A DNA stretch of 64,000 bases from Gammaproteobacteria bacterium (GTDB taxonomy: Bacteria > Pseudomonadota > Gammaproteobacteria > JBCCGL01), in NCBI GenBank assembly GCA_965277715.1, contig OZ255836.1, positions 1,088,001 to 1,152,000 of the forward strand. The letters are read 5' to 3'. Both the position numbers and the translations under genes were made by a program. Positions 38,776-50,338 of this stretch are shown here, piece by piece. The notes beneath the pieces are model-generated. The model made no database searches and was not told the DNA's origin. It worked only from the letters and a program-made list of their open reading frames with translations. Each line of letters begins with the position of its first letter. Position 1 is the stretch's first letter.

Positions 38776-39582
38776 ATGAATACACAGGCACACACCGGGG
38801 AAGACGAACCCCTATTATTAGTGGATAAATGCGGGGGGGTTACCACCGTCACGCTCAACCGCCCCCAGCAGTACAACACACTCTCCGAGGCGATGTTGTC
38901 AGCATTGCAGACAACCTTTGATGGTTTTCACGATGACACAACAACACACGTGGTGGTACTGGCCGCTAAAGGCAAAGCTTTTTGTGCCGGGCACGATTTA
39001 AAGCAAATGCGCGCCAACCCAGACGAATCCTATTACCAGGCCCTGTTTGCACAGTGTGCCCGGTTTATGCAAACCGTCATGTCGATTCCCCAGCCGGTAA
39101 TCGCCAGGGTGCAGGGTATCGCCACTGCGGCGGGTTGCCAGTTGGTCGCCACCTGTGATCTGGCCGTCGCGCTGGATACAGCGCGCTTTGCTGTATCCGG
39201 TATTAATGTCGGTCTATTTTGCAGTACACCTGCTGTCGCGTTGAGTCGCAATATCCTGCGCAAACAGGCATTTGAAATGTTGGTAACCGGGGAGTTTATC
39301 GATGCACAAAAAGCCAAAACTGACGGCTTGATTAACCGTGTCGCCAGTGAGGAAACGATTGATGAGGAGATTGCTTCACTGACGCAGGCCATTTGCAGTA
39401 AACCACTGGTTGCTGTGCGCACTGGCAAGGGGATGTTTTATCAGCAACTGGAATACGGTGTAGCAGAGGCTTACCAGTTTGCCGCGAATGTGATGGCAAA
39501 CAATATGATGGCCGGGGATACTGAAGAGGGGATTGACGCATTTATCGGTAAGCGCAAGCCGGTATGGCAACATAACGTTTAA
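38776..39582 (+). CDS. Enoyl-CoA hydratase family protein (ECHDC3-like)
   Basis: FCAGHDLK, ATAAGCQLVA, GLFCSTP. Confidence 0.9.
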   Translation: MNTQAHTGEDEPLLLVDKCGGVTTVTLNRPQQYNTLSEAMLSALQTTFDGFHDDTTTHVVVLAAKGKAFCAGHDLKQMRANPDESYYQALFAQCARFMQTVMSIPQPVIARVQGIATAAGCQLVATCDLAVALDTARFAVSGINVGLFCSTPAVALSRNILRKQAFEMLVTGEFIDAQKAKTDGLINRVASEETIDEEIASLTQAICSKPLVAVRTGKGMFYQQLEYGVAEAYQFAANVMANNMMAGDTEEGIDAFIGKRKPVWQHNV

Positions 39583-39597
39583 GCATACGAGTAACCT

Positions 39598-41238
39598 ATG
39601 TCTGATACACCGTCTATTTTTGACCGGGGATTGCCACAATCCCCCGCCAACTACACCCCACTGTCTCCGCTGAGTTTGTTGGCGCGCTGTGCTGATGTTT
39701 ACCCTGAATTCACTGCCATTATTTACGCGCAACAACGTTATACATGGGGTGAAACCTACCAACGCTGTCGCCGCCTGGCCAGCGCGCTCGCCACACACGG
39801 CATTGGCAGGGGCGACACTGTAGCGGTCATGGCACCCAATACCCCGGTGATTTTTGAAGCACACTTTGGCGTGCCCATGGCTGGAGCTGTACTCAATGCG
39901 TTGAACACGCGACTTGATGCGGCGACTATCGCTTTTATCCTGGAACACGGTGAAGCCAAAGTATTGATCAGTGACCGCGAATTTTCCCCAACCATCCGCC
40001 GTGCGCTGGAAATCCTCGACCGCGAAATCCTGCTCATCGATATAGATGACCCTAACGCGGTATCGGGCGAATTACTCGGCCAACAGGAATACGAGGCGTT
40101 TTTGGCCAGCGGCGACCCTGACTTTGCGTGGCACGGCCCGGACAATGAATGGGATGCCATCGCCCTCAACTATACCTCTGGCACAACCGGCAACCCCAAA
40201 GGAGTGGTCTACCACCACCGTGGTGCCTATTTAAACGCTATCAGTAATATCGTCGGCTGGAACCTGGCCCACCACCCCGTCTATTTGTGGACACTGCCGA
40301 TGTTTCACTGCAACGGTTGGTGTTTCCCCTGGACTCTGGCTGCTGTCGCGGGCACCAGTGTATGCACGCGCAAGGTCGACGCCAAAACAATCTACGACAG
40401 CATCGCCGACCTCGGTGTCAGCCATTTTTGCGGCGCGCCCATCGTGCTCGGTTTTATTGTCAATGCAGACGAAAACGAGCGGCGCACCTTCACGCACCCA
40501 GTCAATGTTATGACTGCGGCTGCACCGCCGCCTGCCAGTGTGCTGGCCGCAATGGAGGTGGCAGGCTTTAATGTCACACACGTATACGGCCTCACAGAAA
40601 CCTACGGCCCCGCCGTGCAATGCGCCTGGAAACCCGCCTGGGATACGCTCGACGAACAGCAGCGCGCCAATAAAAAATCCCGCCAGGGGGTGCGTTATCA
40701 CATGCTCGAAGACCTACAGGTGATGAACCCTGAAACCCTGGAAGCAGTACCACACGATGGTGAAACAGTGGGTGAAATACTGTTTCGTGGCAATATCGTG
40801 ATGAAAGGCTATTTGAAAAATGAGACAGCCAATACCAATGAACTGGCAGGCGGTTGGTTTCACTCGGGCGACCTGGCCGTCGTCGACCCGGATGGTTATC
40901 TACGCATCAAGGATCGCTCCAAGGATGTGATTATCTCCGGCGGGGAAAATATCTCCTCAATTGAAGTTGAAAGCGTACTGTACAGCCACCCGGATGTATT
41001 AGAGGCGGCGGTAGCGGCACGCCCGGACGATCACTGGGGTGAAACACCCTGCGCATTTGTTTGTCTGAAAACCGGCCACCAGACCGATGAAGCGCAAATC
41101 ATCGCTTTTTGCCGGGATAACATGGCGCATTTCAAATGCCCGAAAACGGTTGTCTTTGGCGAACTACCTAAGACCTCTACCGGTAAAATCCAGAAGTTCA
41201 AGCTGCGCGAATACGCTCAATCATTAGGCAGTTTATAG
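39598..41238 (+). CDS. AMP-forming short/medium-chain acyl-CoA synthetase
   Basis: YTSGTTGNPKG, PMFHCNGW, YGLTE, PKTSTGK. Confidence 0.92.
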   Translation: MSDTPSIFDRGLPQSPANYTPLSPLSLLARCADVYPEFTAIIYAQQRYTWGETYQRCRRLASALATHGIGRGDTVAVMAPNTPVIFEAHFGVPMAGAVLNALNTRLDAATIAFILEHGEAKVLISDREFSPTIRRALEILDREILLIDIDDPNAVSGELLGQQEYEAFLASGDPDFAWHGPDNEWDAIALNYTSGTTGNPKGVVYHHRGAYLNAISNIVGWNLAHHPVYLWTLPMFHCNGWCFPWTLAAVAGTSVCTRKVDAKTIYDSIADLGVSHFCGAPIVLGFIVNADENERRTFTHPVNVMTAAAPPPASVLAAMEVAGFNVTHVYGLTETYGPAVQCAWKPAWDTLDEQQRANKKSRQGVRYHMLEDLQVMNPETLEAVPHDGETVGEILFRGNIVMKGYLKNETANTNELAGGWFHSGDLAVVDPDGYLRIKDRSKDVIISGGENISSIEVESVLYSHPDVLEAAVAARPDDHWGETPCAFVCLKTGHQTDEAQIIAFCRDNMAHFKCPKTVVFGELPKTSTGKIQKFKLREYAQSLGSL

Positions 41239-41298
41239 CCAGCCGTCTAGTACCAATACGCGCTTGTTTTGTACCCGACACATCGGTATGGTGCGCGC

Positions 41299-42618
41299 AT
41301 GATTTCTGTTGATACCTGCTTGCATTGCGAATGGCTTGTCACTGTCGATGCGCACAATACAGTGCTCGAAAACTACACTGTAGTCATCGATAAAGGGCGA
41401 ATATACGCCACCCTACCCTCATTACAAGCGCGCCAAATCTATACCGCCAATGAGGACATAGACCTACCGGGTCACGCCGTGATGCCCGGCTTAATCAACA
41501 CCCATACGCACACCGCGATGAGCCTGCTACGCGGCTTTGCCGACGATTTGCCCTTGATGGACTGGCTGCAAAAATACATCTGGCCCGCCGAGTCGAAATA
41601 CGTCGATGCACAGTTTATCGAGGACGGCAGCACACTCGCCATCGCCGAAATGCTGCGCGGTGGTACCACCTGCTTTAACGATATGTATTTTTTCCCGGAT
41701 GCGACAGCGCGCTCAGCCAGCCGCGCCGGGATTCGCGCTGTAGTCGGTTTAATCGTGCTCGACTTCCCTACCGTCTGGGCCAACTCGGCCGATGAATACA
41801 TTGCCAAAGGCACAGAGCTGCACGATACCCTGCGCAATAACCCCTTGGTGTCAACGGCGTTTGCACCACACGCCCCCTACACGGTGTCTGAAGCCCCGCT
41901 GCGCAAAATAGCCACATACAGCAATGAACTGGAAATTCCCGTGCATATTCACGTGCATGAAACCGCCAGTGAAGTGGAACAATTTATCGCGGCACACGGT
42001 GTGCGGCCATTGCAGCACCTGGATCAACTCGGCCTGGTGTCACCCAGCTTGTTAGCCGTGCATATGACCCAACTGCTGGAGAGGGAAATTGAGCGCATCG
42101 CCGAAGCGGGCGCGCACATTCTGCACTGCCCCGAGTCGAACATGAAACTCGCCAGTGGCTTTTGTCCGGTCGGCAAACTGCTTGATGCCAACTGCAATAT
42201 TGCCCTGGGTACAGACGGTGCCGCCTCCAATAATGACCTGGATATGTTCGGTGAAATGCGCACTGCGGCACTGATTGCCAAGGGTGCCAGCGGCGATGCC
42301 GCCGCTTTCCCGGCGGCACAGGTGTTGCGTGCGGCCACTATCAACGGCGCCCGCGCACTGGGTATGGAAAACGAAATAGGCTCGGTTGAGATGGGTAAAG
42401 CAGCCGATTTGGTCGCCGTCGATTTTAACCGCCCTGCCCTGCGCCCGGTTTACGACCCGGTTTCACACTTGGTGTACGCGGCGGGTCGCGATGACGTTTC
42501 CGATGTATGGGTGGCGGGCAAAGCACTGTTGCGCAACAGGCAGTTACTGCATATGGATGAGCTCGCGATACAGCGCGATGCGCAGCAGTGGGCCAGAAAA
42601 ATTAACACCCTAAATTAA
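41299..42618 (+). CDS. mtaD: TRZ/ATZ amidohydrolase (MTA/SAH deaminase-like)
   Basis: NTHTH, PHAPYT, HVHET, GTDGAASNN; upstream of ubiG as in pseudomonads. Confidence 0.85.
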   Translation: MISVDTCLHCEWLVTVDAHNTVLENYTVVIDKGRIYATLPSLQARQIYTANEDIDLPGHAVMPGLINTHTHTAMSLLRGFADDLPLMDWLQKYIWPAESKYVDAQFIEDGSTLAIAEMLRGGTTCFNDMYFFPDATARSASRAGIRAVVGLIVLDFPTVWANSADEYIAKGTELHDTLRNNPLVSTAFAPHAPYTVSEAPLRKIATYSNELEIPVHIHVHETASEVEQFIAAHGVRPLQHLDQLGLVSPSLLAVHMTQLLEREIERIAEAGAHILHCPESNMKLASGFCPVGKLLDANCNIALGTDGAASNNDLDMFGEMRTAALIAKGASGDAAAFPAAQVLRAATINGARALGMENEIGSVEMGKAADLVAVDFNRPALRPVYDPVSHLVYAAGRDDVSDVWVAGKALLRNRQLLHMDELAIQRDAQQWARKINTLN

Positions 42619-42624
42619 CCCCCT

Positions 42625-43386
42625 ATGACGACTGCAAACCCCAATGTCGACGCGGCGGAAATCGCTAAATTTGAAGCCCTGGCCAGCCGCTGGTGGGACC
42701 CCAATAGTGAATTTAAACCCCTGCACGAAATCAACCCACTGCGGCTCGATTACATCGACCAACGCGCCAGCCTGAGTGGCAAGCGGGTGCTCGATGTCGG
42801 CTGTGGGGGGGGCATACTCGCCGAATCAATGGCTGCACGCGGCGCCGATGTGTGTGGCATCGATATGGGGGAAGCACCGCTCAATGTCGCCAGGTTGCAC
42901 GCGCTGGAATCAGGTATCAGCGTGGACTACCGGCAGATAACGGCTGAAGCGCTGGCGGCAGAAACGATGGCAGACAACACCGCACCGGCATTCGATATTG
43001 TCACCTGCCTGGAAATGCTCGAACACGTGCCAGACCCCGCCTCTGTTATCACCGCCTGCGCGCAATTGGCCAAACCTGGCGGGCACATATTTTTTTCCAC
43101 GATAAACCGCAACCCAAAATCATTTTTATTTGCGATTGTCGGTGCCGAATACCTGCTCAAACTACTGCCCAAAGGCACGCACGATCACAAGAAATTTATC
43201 AAACCCTCGGAGCTAAGCCACTTAGCCCGTGGTGCATCACTGGCTATTTGTGACCTGACGGGTATGACCTACAACCCGTTCAGCAACGTGTACCGACTGG
43301 AGAGCGATGTGAGTGTCAACTACCTGCTGCATTGCTGTAAACCGGATGACAATGCGACAGAAGGCGATCGACATGGCGCAGTATGA
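42625..43386 (+). CDS. ubiG: Ubiquinone biosynthesis O-methyltransferase
   Basis: [30 protein letters not shown]. Confidence 0.97.
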   Translation: MTTANPNVDAAEIAKFEALASRWWDPNSEFKPLHEINPLRLDYIDQRASLSGKRVLDVGCGGGILAESMAARGADVCGIDMGEAPLNVARLHALESGISVDYRQITAEALAAETMADNTAPAFDIVTCLEMLEHVPDPASVITACAQLAKPGGHIFFSTINRNPKSFLFAIVGAEYLLKLLPKGTHDHKKFIKPSELSHLARGASLAICDLTGMTYNPFSNVYRLESDVSVNYLLHCCKPDDNATEGDRHGAV

Positions 43387-44026
43387 GGCGATATTTTTCG
43401 ACCTCGATGGCACCTTAATCGATACCGCACCCGATATGGGCGGGGCGCTAAACCGATTACTCAACGCCCACCACCTGCCTGTACGCACAATGGAAGCGAT
43501 TCGCCCGCACGTATCAGACGGTGCCAATGCCCTGATAAAAATGGGTTTTCCACGCCCCGTTGATGACAGTGAGATGCAGACACTGCGCCAGGAATACCTG
43601 CAAATCTACAGTGAGCATCTCGCTGATGAATCCCAGTTGTTCGACGGTATGGGCAACGCGTTGGATGCCATCGAAAAACACAGGATACCCTGGGGAATTG
43701 TCACGAATAAACCCGCGTGGTTGACAGAACCACTGTTGGAGCAACTCGATTTACGCCAGCGTTGTGCCTGCGTGGTCAGCGCCGATACGTGCAGCCAACG
43801 CAAACCCCACCCCATGCCGATGTACCACGCCTGCGAACTGGCGCACGTCAAACCGGAAAACTGCCTTTACGTGGGGGATGCGCTACGCGATATACAGGCG
43901 GGCAATGCAGCGGGCATGGCCACATTGATCGCCCGCTACGGCTATATCACCCCCGGTGAATGCACCTCAACCTGGCGGGCTGGTGGCAGCATAAATCACC
44001 CGGATGAACTGCTTAACTGGCTATAA
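43373..44026 (+). CDS. HAD-IA phosphatase (Gph/MupP-like)
   Basis: [20 protein letters not shown]; follows ubiG. Confidence 0.9.
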   Translation: MAQYEAIFFDLDGTLIDTAPDMGGALNRLLNAHHLPVRTMEAIRPHVSDGANALIKMGFPRPVDDSEMQTLRQEYLQIYSEHLADESQLFDGMGNALDAIEKHRIPWGIVTNKPAWLTEPLLEQLDLRQRCACVVSADTCSQRKPHPMPMYHACELAHVKPENCLYVGDALRDIQAGNAAGMATLIARYGYITPGECTSTWRAGGSINHPDELLNWL

Positions 44027-44156
44027 GATACGGGCAAAATAGCCGCCCTACCCCTTAAAACTCACACAAATGGCAAAGTGAGCAAAGGCTGCCCGCTACC
44101 GATATTGCTGCCAATCCACAAACCCAATACCCCACCAATCAAAAAACCTATCGCAA

Positions 44157-45662
44157 ATGTGCGAACATAAGCCATACTCATTTCCCCCACGTAGAATTTG
44201 CAACTATCAGTATATATTCCCAATGGATACAGCACCCCGTCTCATTTTCCTTATCGCATTTTTTTTGTGCTTAACTGCTAACGCGGCAACGGCGGCAGAT
44301 ACTATCGCGGTACTCCCTGAAAAAGTGCAGAAAACGCTAAAAAAACACAGTCTAAGTGGTGCCGGATTGAGTGTTTACATACAAAAAATAGGGGATAAAT
44401 CACCGCTACTCGCATTCAACAGTCAACAGACGAGGAATCCGGCCTCCACAATAAAACTGCTGACCACCCTGGTCGCCCTGGAGCAACTCACGCCAGCATA
44501 TCGCTGGTATACCAATGTGTATGCCGATGGAACGATCACTGGCAACATACTCAACGGCAACCTGTTAATTAAGGGTGGCGGCGACCCTTATCTGCCACTT
44601 GAACGTCTCTGGCTGCTCGTACACCAGCTACGCCGTAGTGGGCTGGACACCATCACCGGTAACCTGGTTATCGATCAAGGTTTGTTTGCCCCTATCGATG
44701 AGCACCCCGGTGCTTTCGATAAGCGCCCCACACGGGCCTACAATGTGACACCCTCTGCACTGGTCAGCAATTTTAATATTACCCGCTTAACCTTCAAATC
44801 TGAGAAAAAACGCGGCCGTGTCAGTGTCGAGCTGGACCCGCCCCTGCCCAGCCTAAAACTGGAAAACCGTTTAACCCTGAGTAACAGAACCTGTGGAGGG
44901 TATCAGCGGGGAATTAAACTGGACACCAGCAAAAAAGGTGTCTTACGCCTGGAGGGAAAATTTCCCAAACGCTGCAAATCCTATTCAATTGGGCGCAGTA
45001 TCACGGATAAGGATGCGTATAGCGCCGATGTATTCCGCCAGTTATGGCATGAATCCGGCGGCCATTGGTCTGGCAACTGGCGCCATGGCCAAGCGAACAA
45101 AACAATGAAACGCCTGCTGCGGTTTAGATCCTTGTCACTGGCTGAGGTATCGCGCTACATTAACAAATACAGCAATAACCTGATGGCAAAAACAGTATTC
45201 CTGACACTTGGCCTGGAAGCGGCCAACGCCCCGGCAACCCCGGAAAAGTCGAGAGCCGCCATCAACGACTGGCTAAGCAGTAAAAAACTCGCCATGCCGA
45301 CACTGTACGTCGAAAATGGCGCCGGGTTATCACGTAAAACCCGCATCACCGCAAAGGATATGGGGCGTTTATTATTAACTGCCTGGCACAGTCCTTATAT
45401 GCCCGAGTTTATCGCATCGATGTCAATCAGTGGCCAGGACGGCACGCTGAGAAAACGCTACCGCAAAGGCGCTTTATACGAAAAAATGCACATGAAAACA
45501 GGCAGGCTCAACAATGTCGTCTCCCTTGCGGGTTACTATCAATCGCCACGCGGTGATCGCTATGTTGTCGTGTTATTACACAATGCCAGGGATGTACAGC
45601 ATGGCACTGGCCACGCCGTGCAGAACACACTATTGGAGTGGCTGGCAAAAACCACAAAATAA
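44157..45662 (+). CDS. dacB: D-alanyl-D-alanine carboxypeptidase/endopeptidase PBP4
   Basis: PASTIK (SxxK), SNN, KTG; start probably ATG at 44223. Confidence 0.93.
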   Translation: MCEHKPYSFPPRRICNYQYIFPMDTAPRLIFLIAFFLCLTANAATAADTIAVLPEKVQKTLKKHSLSGAGLSVYIQKIGDKSPLLAFNSQQTRNPASTIKLLTTLVALEQLTPAYRWYTNVYADGTITGNILNGNLLIKGGGDPYLPLERLWLLVHQLRRSGLDTITGNLVIDQGLFAPIDEHPGAFDKRPTRAYNVTPSALVSNFNITRLTFKSEKKRGRVSVELDPPLPSLKLENRLTLSNRTCGGYQRGIKLDTSKKGVLRLEGKFPKRCKSYSIGRSITDKDAYSADVFRQLWHESGGHWSGNWRHGQANKTMKRLLRFRSLSLAEVSRYINKYSNNLMAKTVFLTLGLEAANAPATPEKSRAAINDWLSSKKLAMPTLYVENGAGLSRKTRITAKDMGRLLLTAWHSPYMPEFIASMSISGQDGTLRKRYRKGALYEKMHMKTGRLNNVVSLAGYYQSPRGDRYVVVLLHNARDVQHGTGHAVQNTLLEWLAKTTK

Positions 45663-45950
45663 ATCAGCCGTAAAACCAACGCTGTCTTTGTATCTGCCCT
45701 GCCTTTGGCAAGCCGGATTGAACGCACAGATATGTTCATTTAATTAGTATAAAAATTATTTACTATCAATAAATTAAAACACATACATTATAATTTACTT
45801 TATGCATAATACACTTGCCGCGCCAAGCCGTTTATACAATATTGAAGATAGTCACATTTCGCCCGGCAAATTAGTGTATGCTGCGCCCCGCAAAAAGCTG
45901 ACTACCGCATGCACACACCCACTTAAACCTTCTAACTGTATTTTAATGAC

Positions 45951-48035
45951 ATGGCAAACCTAGACAAATATCGGAATATTGGCATCTTTGCACACGTAGA
46001 CGCCGGTAAAACCACGACCACGGAACGCATACTCAGCCTTACCGGGAAAATCCACAAAATCGGTGAGGTACACGATGGTGAAGCCACCACCGACTTTATG
46101 GATCAGGAACGCGAGCGCGGCATCACAATCCAGTCCGCCGCCACCAGTTGCGAATGGGACGGCCACCGCCTCAATATCATCGACACCCCCGGACACGTTG
46201 ACTTCACCGTTGAAGTATACCGTTCGCTCAAAGTACTGGATGGCGGGGTTGGCGTATTCTGCGGTTCTGGTGGTGTCGAGCCACAATCAGAAACCAACTG
46301 GCGCTATGCCAACGACTCTGAAGTATCGCGCATTATCTTCGTTAATAAACTGGACCGTATCGGGGCTGATTTTTACCGCGTCGTCGATCAGATTAAAAAG
46401 GTACTGGGTGCCAATGCAGTGCCCATGGTGCTACCGCTTGGCCGGGAAGATGAATTCAGCGGCGTGATTGACTTACTGACCCGCAAAGCCTGGATCTGGG
46501 ACGGCTCTGGCGACCCCATGAAATACCGAATTGAAGAAGTGCCCGCCGATATGGTTGACGATGTGGAACAATACCGTGAGGAATTGATCGATGCTGTCGC
46601 TGAATTCGACGACGATGTTATGGAAAAATACCTCGAAGGCGAAGAACCCAGCATTGAGGAGCTCAAACTGTGTATCCGCAAAGGGACTATCAGCACACAA
46701 TTATTCCCAACCTATTGTGGTTCTGCGTTTAAAAACAAAGGCGTGCAATTGGTACTGAATGCCGTTATCGATTACCTGCCAAACCCAACCGAGGTAGATC
46801 CACAACCAGAAGTCGACCTCGACGGTGAGGCAACGGGCGAGCACGCCACTGTCGACCCAGGCTATCCCCTACGCGCACTCGCCTTCAAAATCATGGATGA
46901 CCGCTACGGCGCACTGACCTTTATTCGCATCTACTCCGGGAAACTGGCCAAAGGCGATACCGTACTCAATACCTTTACGGGCAAAACCGAGCGCATCGGG
47001 CGTATCGTGGAAATGCACGCCGACTCCCGCCAGGATCTGGACTCTGCACAGGCCGGTGATATCGTCGCTGTACTGGGCATGAAGAACGTACAAACCGGCC
47101 ACACACTCTGCGACCCCAAGAAACCGGCAACGCTTGAGCCGATGGTATTTCCCGATCCGGTTATTTCGATTGCAGTCAAACCAAAAGACAAAGGCGGTTC
47201 TGAAAAAATGGGCATCGCCATTGGTAAAATGGTTGCCGAAGACCCCTCCTTCCGCGTTGAGACCGATGAGGACAGCGGTGAAACCATTCTCAAGGGAATG
47301 GGCGAGCTGCACCTCGACATTAAAATCGATATCCTCAGACGCACCCACAGCGTCGAAGTTGAAGTGGGCGCGCCACAGGTTGCCTACCGCGAAACGATTA
47401 CCCAGCCCGTCACCGACAGCTATACACACAAAAAACAAACGGGGGGTTCCGGGCAGTTCGGTAAAATCGACTACAGCATTGAGCCAGGTGAAACCGGCAG
47501 TGGTTATGTGTTTGAATCAACCGTTACCGGCGGTAACGTGCCCCGCGAATACTGGCCCGCCATCGAAAAAGGGTTTCAAAGCTGTTTGGTGGAAGGTGTG
47601 CTGGCTGGTTACCCCTGCATGGATATGAAACTGACCCTACAGGACGGTGCTTACCACGCGGTCGACTCCTCAGCAATGGCGTTTGAAATTGCCGCCAAGG
47701 GCGCCTACCGGCAAACCATGCCCAAAGCAGGCCCGCAGTTGCTGGAGCCAATTATGAAAGTCGATGTTTTCACACCTGAAGAGCATGTTGGCGATTGTAT
47801 CGGTGATTTAAACCGTCGTCGCGGTATGATCAAGTCGCAAGATACCACACCCACGGGTGCACGTATTAAAGCCGATGTACCGCTGGCGGCAATGTTTGGT
47901 TATATCGGTGATTTACGCACCATGACATCGGGTCGTGGGCAGTTCTCGATGGAATTTTCACACTATATGCCCTGCCCCAGGAATATCACCGAAGAGGTGA
48001 TTGCAGCAGCTAAGGAACGTCGGGCTAACAAATAG
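45951..48035 (+). CDS. fusA: Elongation factor G, stand-alone paralog
   Basis: [33 protein letters not shown]; no rpsL/rpsG/tuf nearby. Confidence 0.95.
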   Translation: MANLDKYRNIGIFAHVDAGKTTTTERILSLTGKIHKIGEVHDGEATTDFMDQERERGITIQSAATSCEWDGHRLNIIDTPGHVDFTVEVYRSLKVLDGGVGVFCGSGGVEPQSETNWRYANDSEVSRIIFVNKLDRIGADFYRVVDQIKKVLGANAVPMVLPLGREDEFSGVIDLLTRKAWIWDGSGDPMKYRIEEVPADMVDDVEQYREELIDAVAEFDDDVMEKYLEGEEPSIEELKLCIRKGTISTQLFPTYCGSAFKNKGVQLVLNAVIDYLPNPTEVDPQPEVDLDGEATGEHATVDPGYPLRALAFKIMDDRYGALTFIRIYSGKLAKGDTVLNTFTGKTERIGRIVEMHADSRQDLDSAQAGDIVAVLGMKNVQTGHTLCDPKKPATLEPMVFPDPVISIAVKPKDKGGSEKMGIAIGKMVAEDPSFRVETDEDSGETILKGMGELHLDIKIDILRRTHSVEVEVGAPQVAYRETITQPVTDSYTHKKQTGGSGQFGKIDYSIEPGETGSGYVFESTVTGGNVPREYWPAIEKGFQSCLVEGVLAGYPCMDMKLTLQDGAYHAVDSSAMAFEIAAKGAYRQTMPKAGPQLLEPIMKVDVFTPEEHVGDCIGDLNRRRGMIKSQDTTPTGARIKADVPLAAMFGYIGDLRTMTSGRGQFSMEFSHYMPCPRNITEEVIAAAKERRANK

Positions 48036-48050
48036 TCCATTTCAATATTG

Positions 48051-48080
48051 AAAGGCTCTGCTCACGGCAGGGCCTTTTCT
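48051..48080 (+). terminator. Intrinsic terminator after fusA
   Basis: AAGGCTCTGC-TCACG-GCAGGGCCTT followed by TTCT. Confidence 0.7.
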
Positions 48081-48154
48081 CATAAGAACTAAAGGGCGCT
48101 CTCAATCCCCTTCGCGCTGGCGGCGTTGCAAAGCGTAACCAACGAAAGATAAAA

Positions 48155-49474
48155 TCAATTGATGAATTCAATCGGTTTCTCGTTCAACACACAATCCGCC
48201 AGTTGATAGCGTTTGCTTAGCTGTTGCCAGCGGTAGTTGTTCAAGTCCACTTCCAACACCAGCGACCCGTCAGCATGGGTCTTTTCATTAATAATCGCTT
48301 TTTCGGCATACAAACCAGAACGCAATGCCCCCATACCCGCATCGAGGTGCAGCCAGCCGTGAACGCGCTCGCTTTGCACAATTCGTTGCAATTGCCAGGT
48401 CAGTTCTTCAATACCCTCGCCACTTAAAGAGGAGAGGCTGACCCGCTCAGCACGGCCTTCATCGTTACACTCGACGCTGGCCGACAGCGCCGTTTTATCT
48501 ATCTTATTAAACACGGTGAGCTGTGGCACGTCACCCGCGCCAATTTCTGCTAGTACTTGATTAACGGCGTCGATTTGAACACGGTAGTTATCATTGGAAA
48601 TATCGACAACGTGTAACAGCAGATCCGCATCGTGCGTTTCCAGTAGCGTTGCATGAAACGCATCGACCAATTCGTGGGGCAGATCATTAATAAAACCAAC
48701 CGTATCCGCAAGGATAACGGTTTGCCCAACGGGCAATACGATGCGGCGCAATGTGGTATCGAGTGTCGCAAACAACTGGTCAGCCGCATAGACAGCCTCC
48801 CCGGTTAGCCGGTTAAACAGGGTGGATTTACCCGCATTGGTATACCCCACCAAGGCAATGCTGGGCACTTCTGCCTTGCGCCTCGCCTGCCGGTTTTGTG
48901 AACGTTGACGACGCACCTGATCGAGTCGTTTATTGATTTGTTTGATGCGCACTGCCAACAGACGACGGTCTGTTTCCAATTGGGTCTCACCTGGCCCACG
49001 CAAACCGATACCGCCTTTTTGGCGCTCCAGGTGAGTCCAGCCGCGAACCAATCGTGTCGATAAGTGCTTTAGCTGTGCCAACTCTACCTGTAGCTTGCCT
49101 TCAAAGGAGCGCGCTCGTTGCGCAAATATATCCAGAATCAAGCCAGTGCGGTCGAGCACTCGGCATTCAAAACGGCGTTCCAGGTTGCGCTCCTGCGCAG
49201 GGGTTAGTACATGGTTGAAAATGACAATATCGGCCTGATTGGCCATAACGACTTCGGCAATTTCATCGGCTTTACCCTTACCGACAAACAGCTTTGGGTC
49301 TGGACGCTGGCGGCTTCCCTGAATTATTGCCAGGGTATCCGCCCCGGCGGAGTGCACTAATTCTTTAAATTCGCCCAGACTGTCTTCGCTATTCAGCTCA
49401 TTGATATCCGGCCCACTCGCGGGGCGAATATGGACAAGCACTGCCCGGTTTCCCACCTGATGACGTTCAAACAA
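48155..49474 (-). CDS. hflX: GTPase HflX
   Basis: GPGETQLE, GYTNAGKST, FATLD, DTVGFI, NKID. Confidence 0.97.
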   Translation of the reverse strand: MFERHQVGNRAVLVHIRPASGPDINELNSEDSLGEFKELVHSAGADTLAIIQGSRQRPDPKLFVGKGKADEIAEVVMANQADIVIFNHVLTPAQERNLERRFECRVLDRTGLILDIFAQRARSFEGKLQVELAQLKHLSTRLVRGWTHLERQKGGIGLRGPGETQLETDRRLLAVRIKQINKRLDQVRRQRSQNRQARRKAEVPSIALVGYTNAGKSTLFNRLTGEAVYAADQLFATLDTTLRRIVLPVGQTVILADTVGFINDLPHELVDAFHATLLETHDADLLLHVVDISNDNYRVQIDAVNQVLAEIGAGDVPQLTVFNKIDKTALSASVECNDEGRAERVSLSSLSGEGIEELTWQLQRIVQSERVHGWLHLDAGMGALRSGLYAEKAIINEKTHADGSLVLEVDLNNYRWQQLSKRYQLADCVLNEKPIEFIN

Positions 49475-49499
49475 ATGTATTACCCACAGAAATTGCCTA

Positions 49500-49682
49500 A
49501 CTTATATTGACAGGTTTAGGCGCTCGTAGCGAGGGAAAGACCAATTTGAGTCATTTTTTGCGCACTATCGAGTAACACAGTGATTCTATGTGGCGGAATA
49601 TTATGCAAAAAAGGGTGCACAAGTAAAGGGCCAGATCGGCTTTTCCGCAGTAGAGCAGTCCTGAATCCGACAGACCCCTAGG
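49500..49682. repeat. MITE-like imperfect inverted-repeat element between hfq and hflX
   Basis: Left arm TGACAGGTTTAGG..GCGAGGGAAAGACCAATTTG is complementary in part to right arm CAGATCGGCTTTTCCGC..CCTGAATCCGACA. Confidence 0.5.
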
Positions 49683-49741
49683 CGATGCACGCATCACACT
49701 AACCATCTACTGCCTTGGTCGTGTATTAGTTTGGCACTGGC

Positions 49742-50092
<351 letters not shown>

Positions 50093-50338
50093 TTAGACAG
50101 ATTTCATAAAAAACGTATTCTCACCTATAGTATGGTAGACCAATATAAATGATTAGCACCAGAAAGCGCCGTTGAACGCCAACAAGTTGTATAAGACCCT
50201 GCCGTACATGGAGAAATTTTAAAAACCGTAGGCGTACCCTCTCTCTTTAGGTAGCTGCGCGCTCCAGATTTAAGTATCGATTGGTAATTGTGGCTATCTG
50301 TGCCAGCATACGCCACCTTACGCCACTACTACCCCTTA

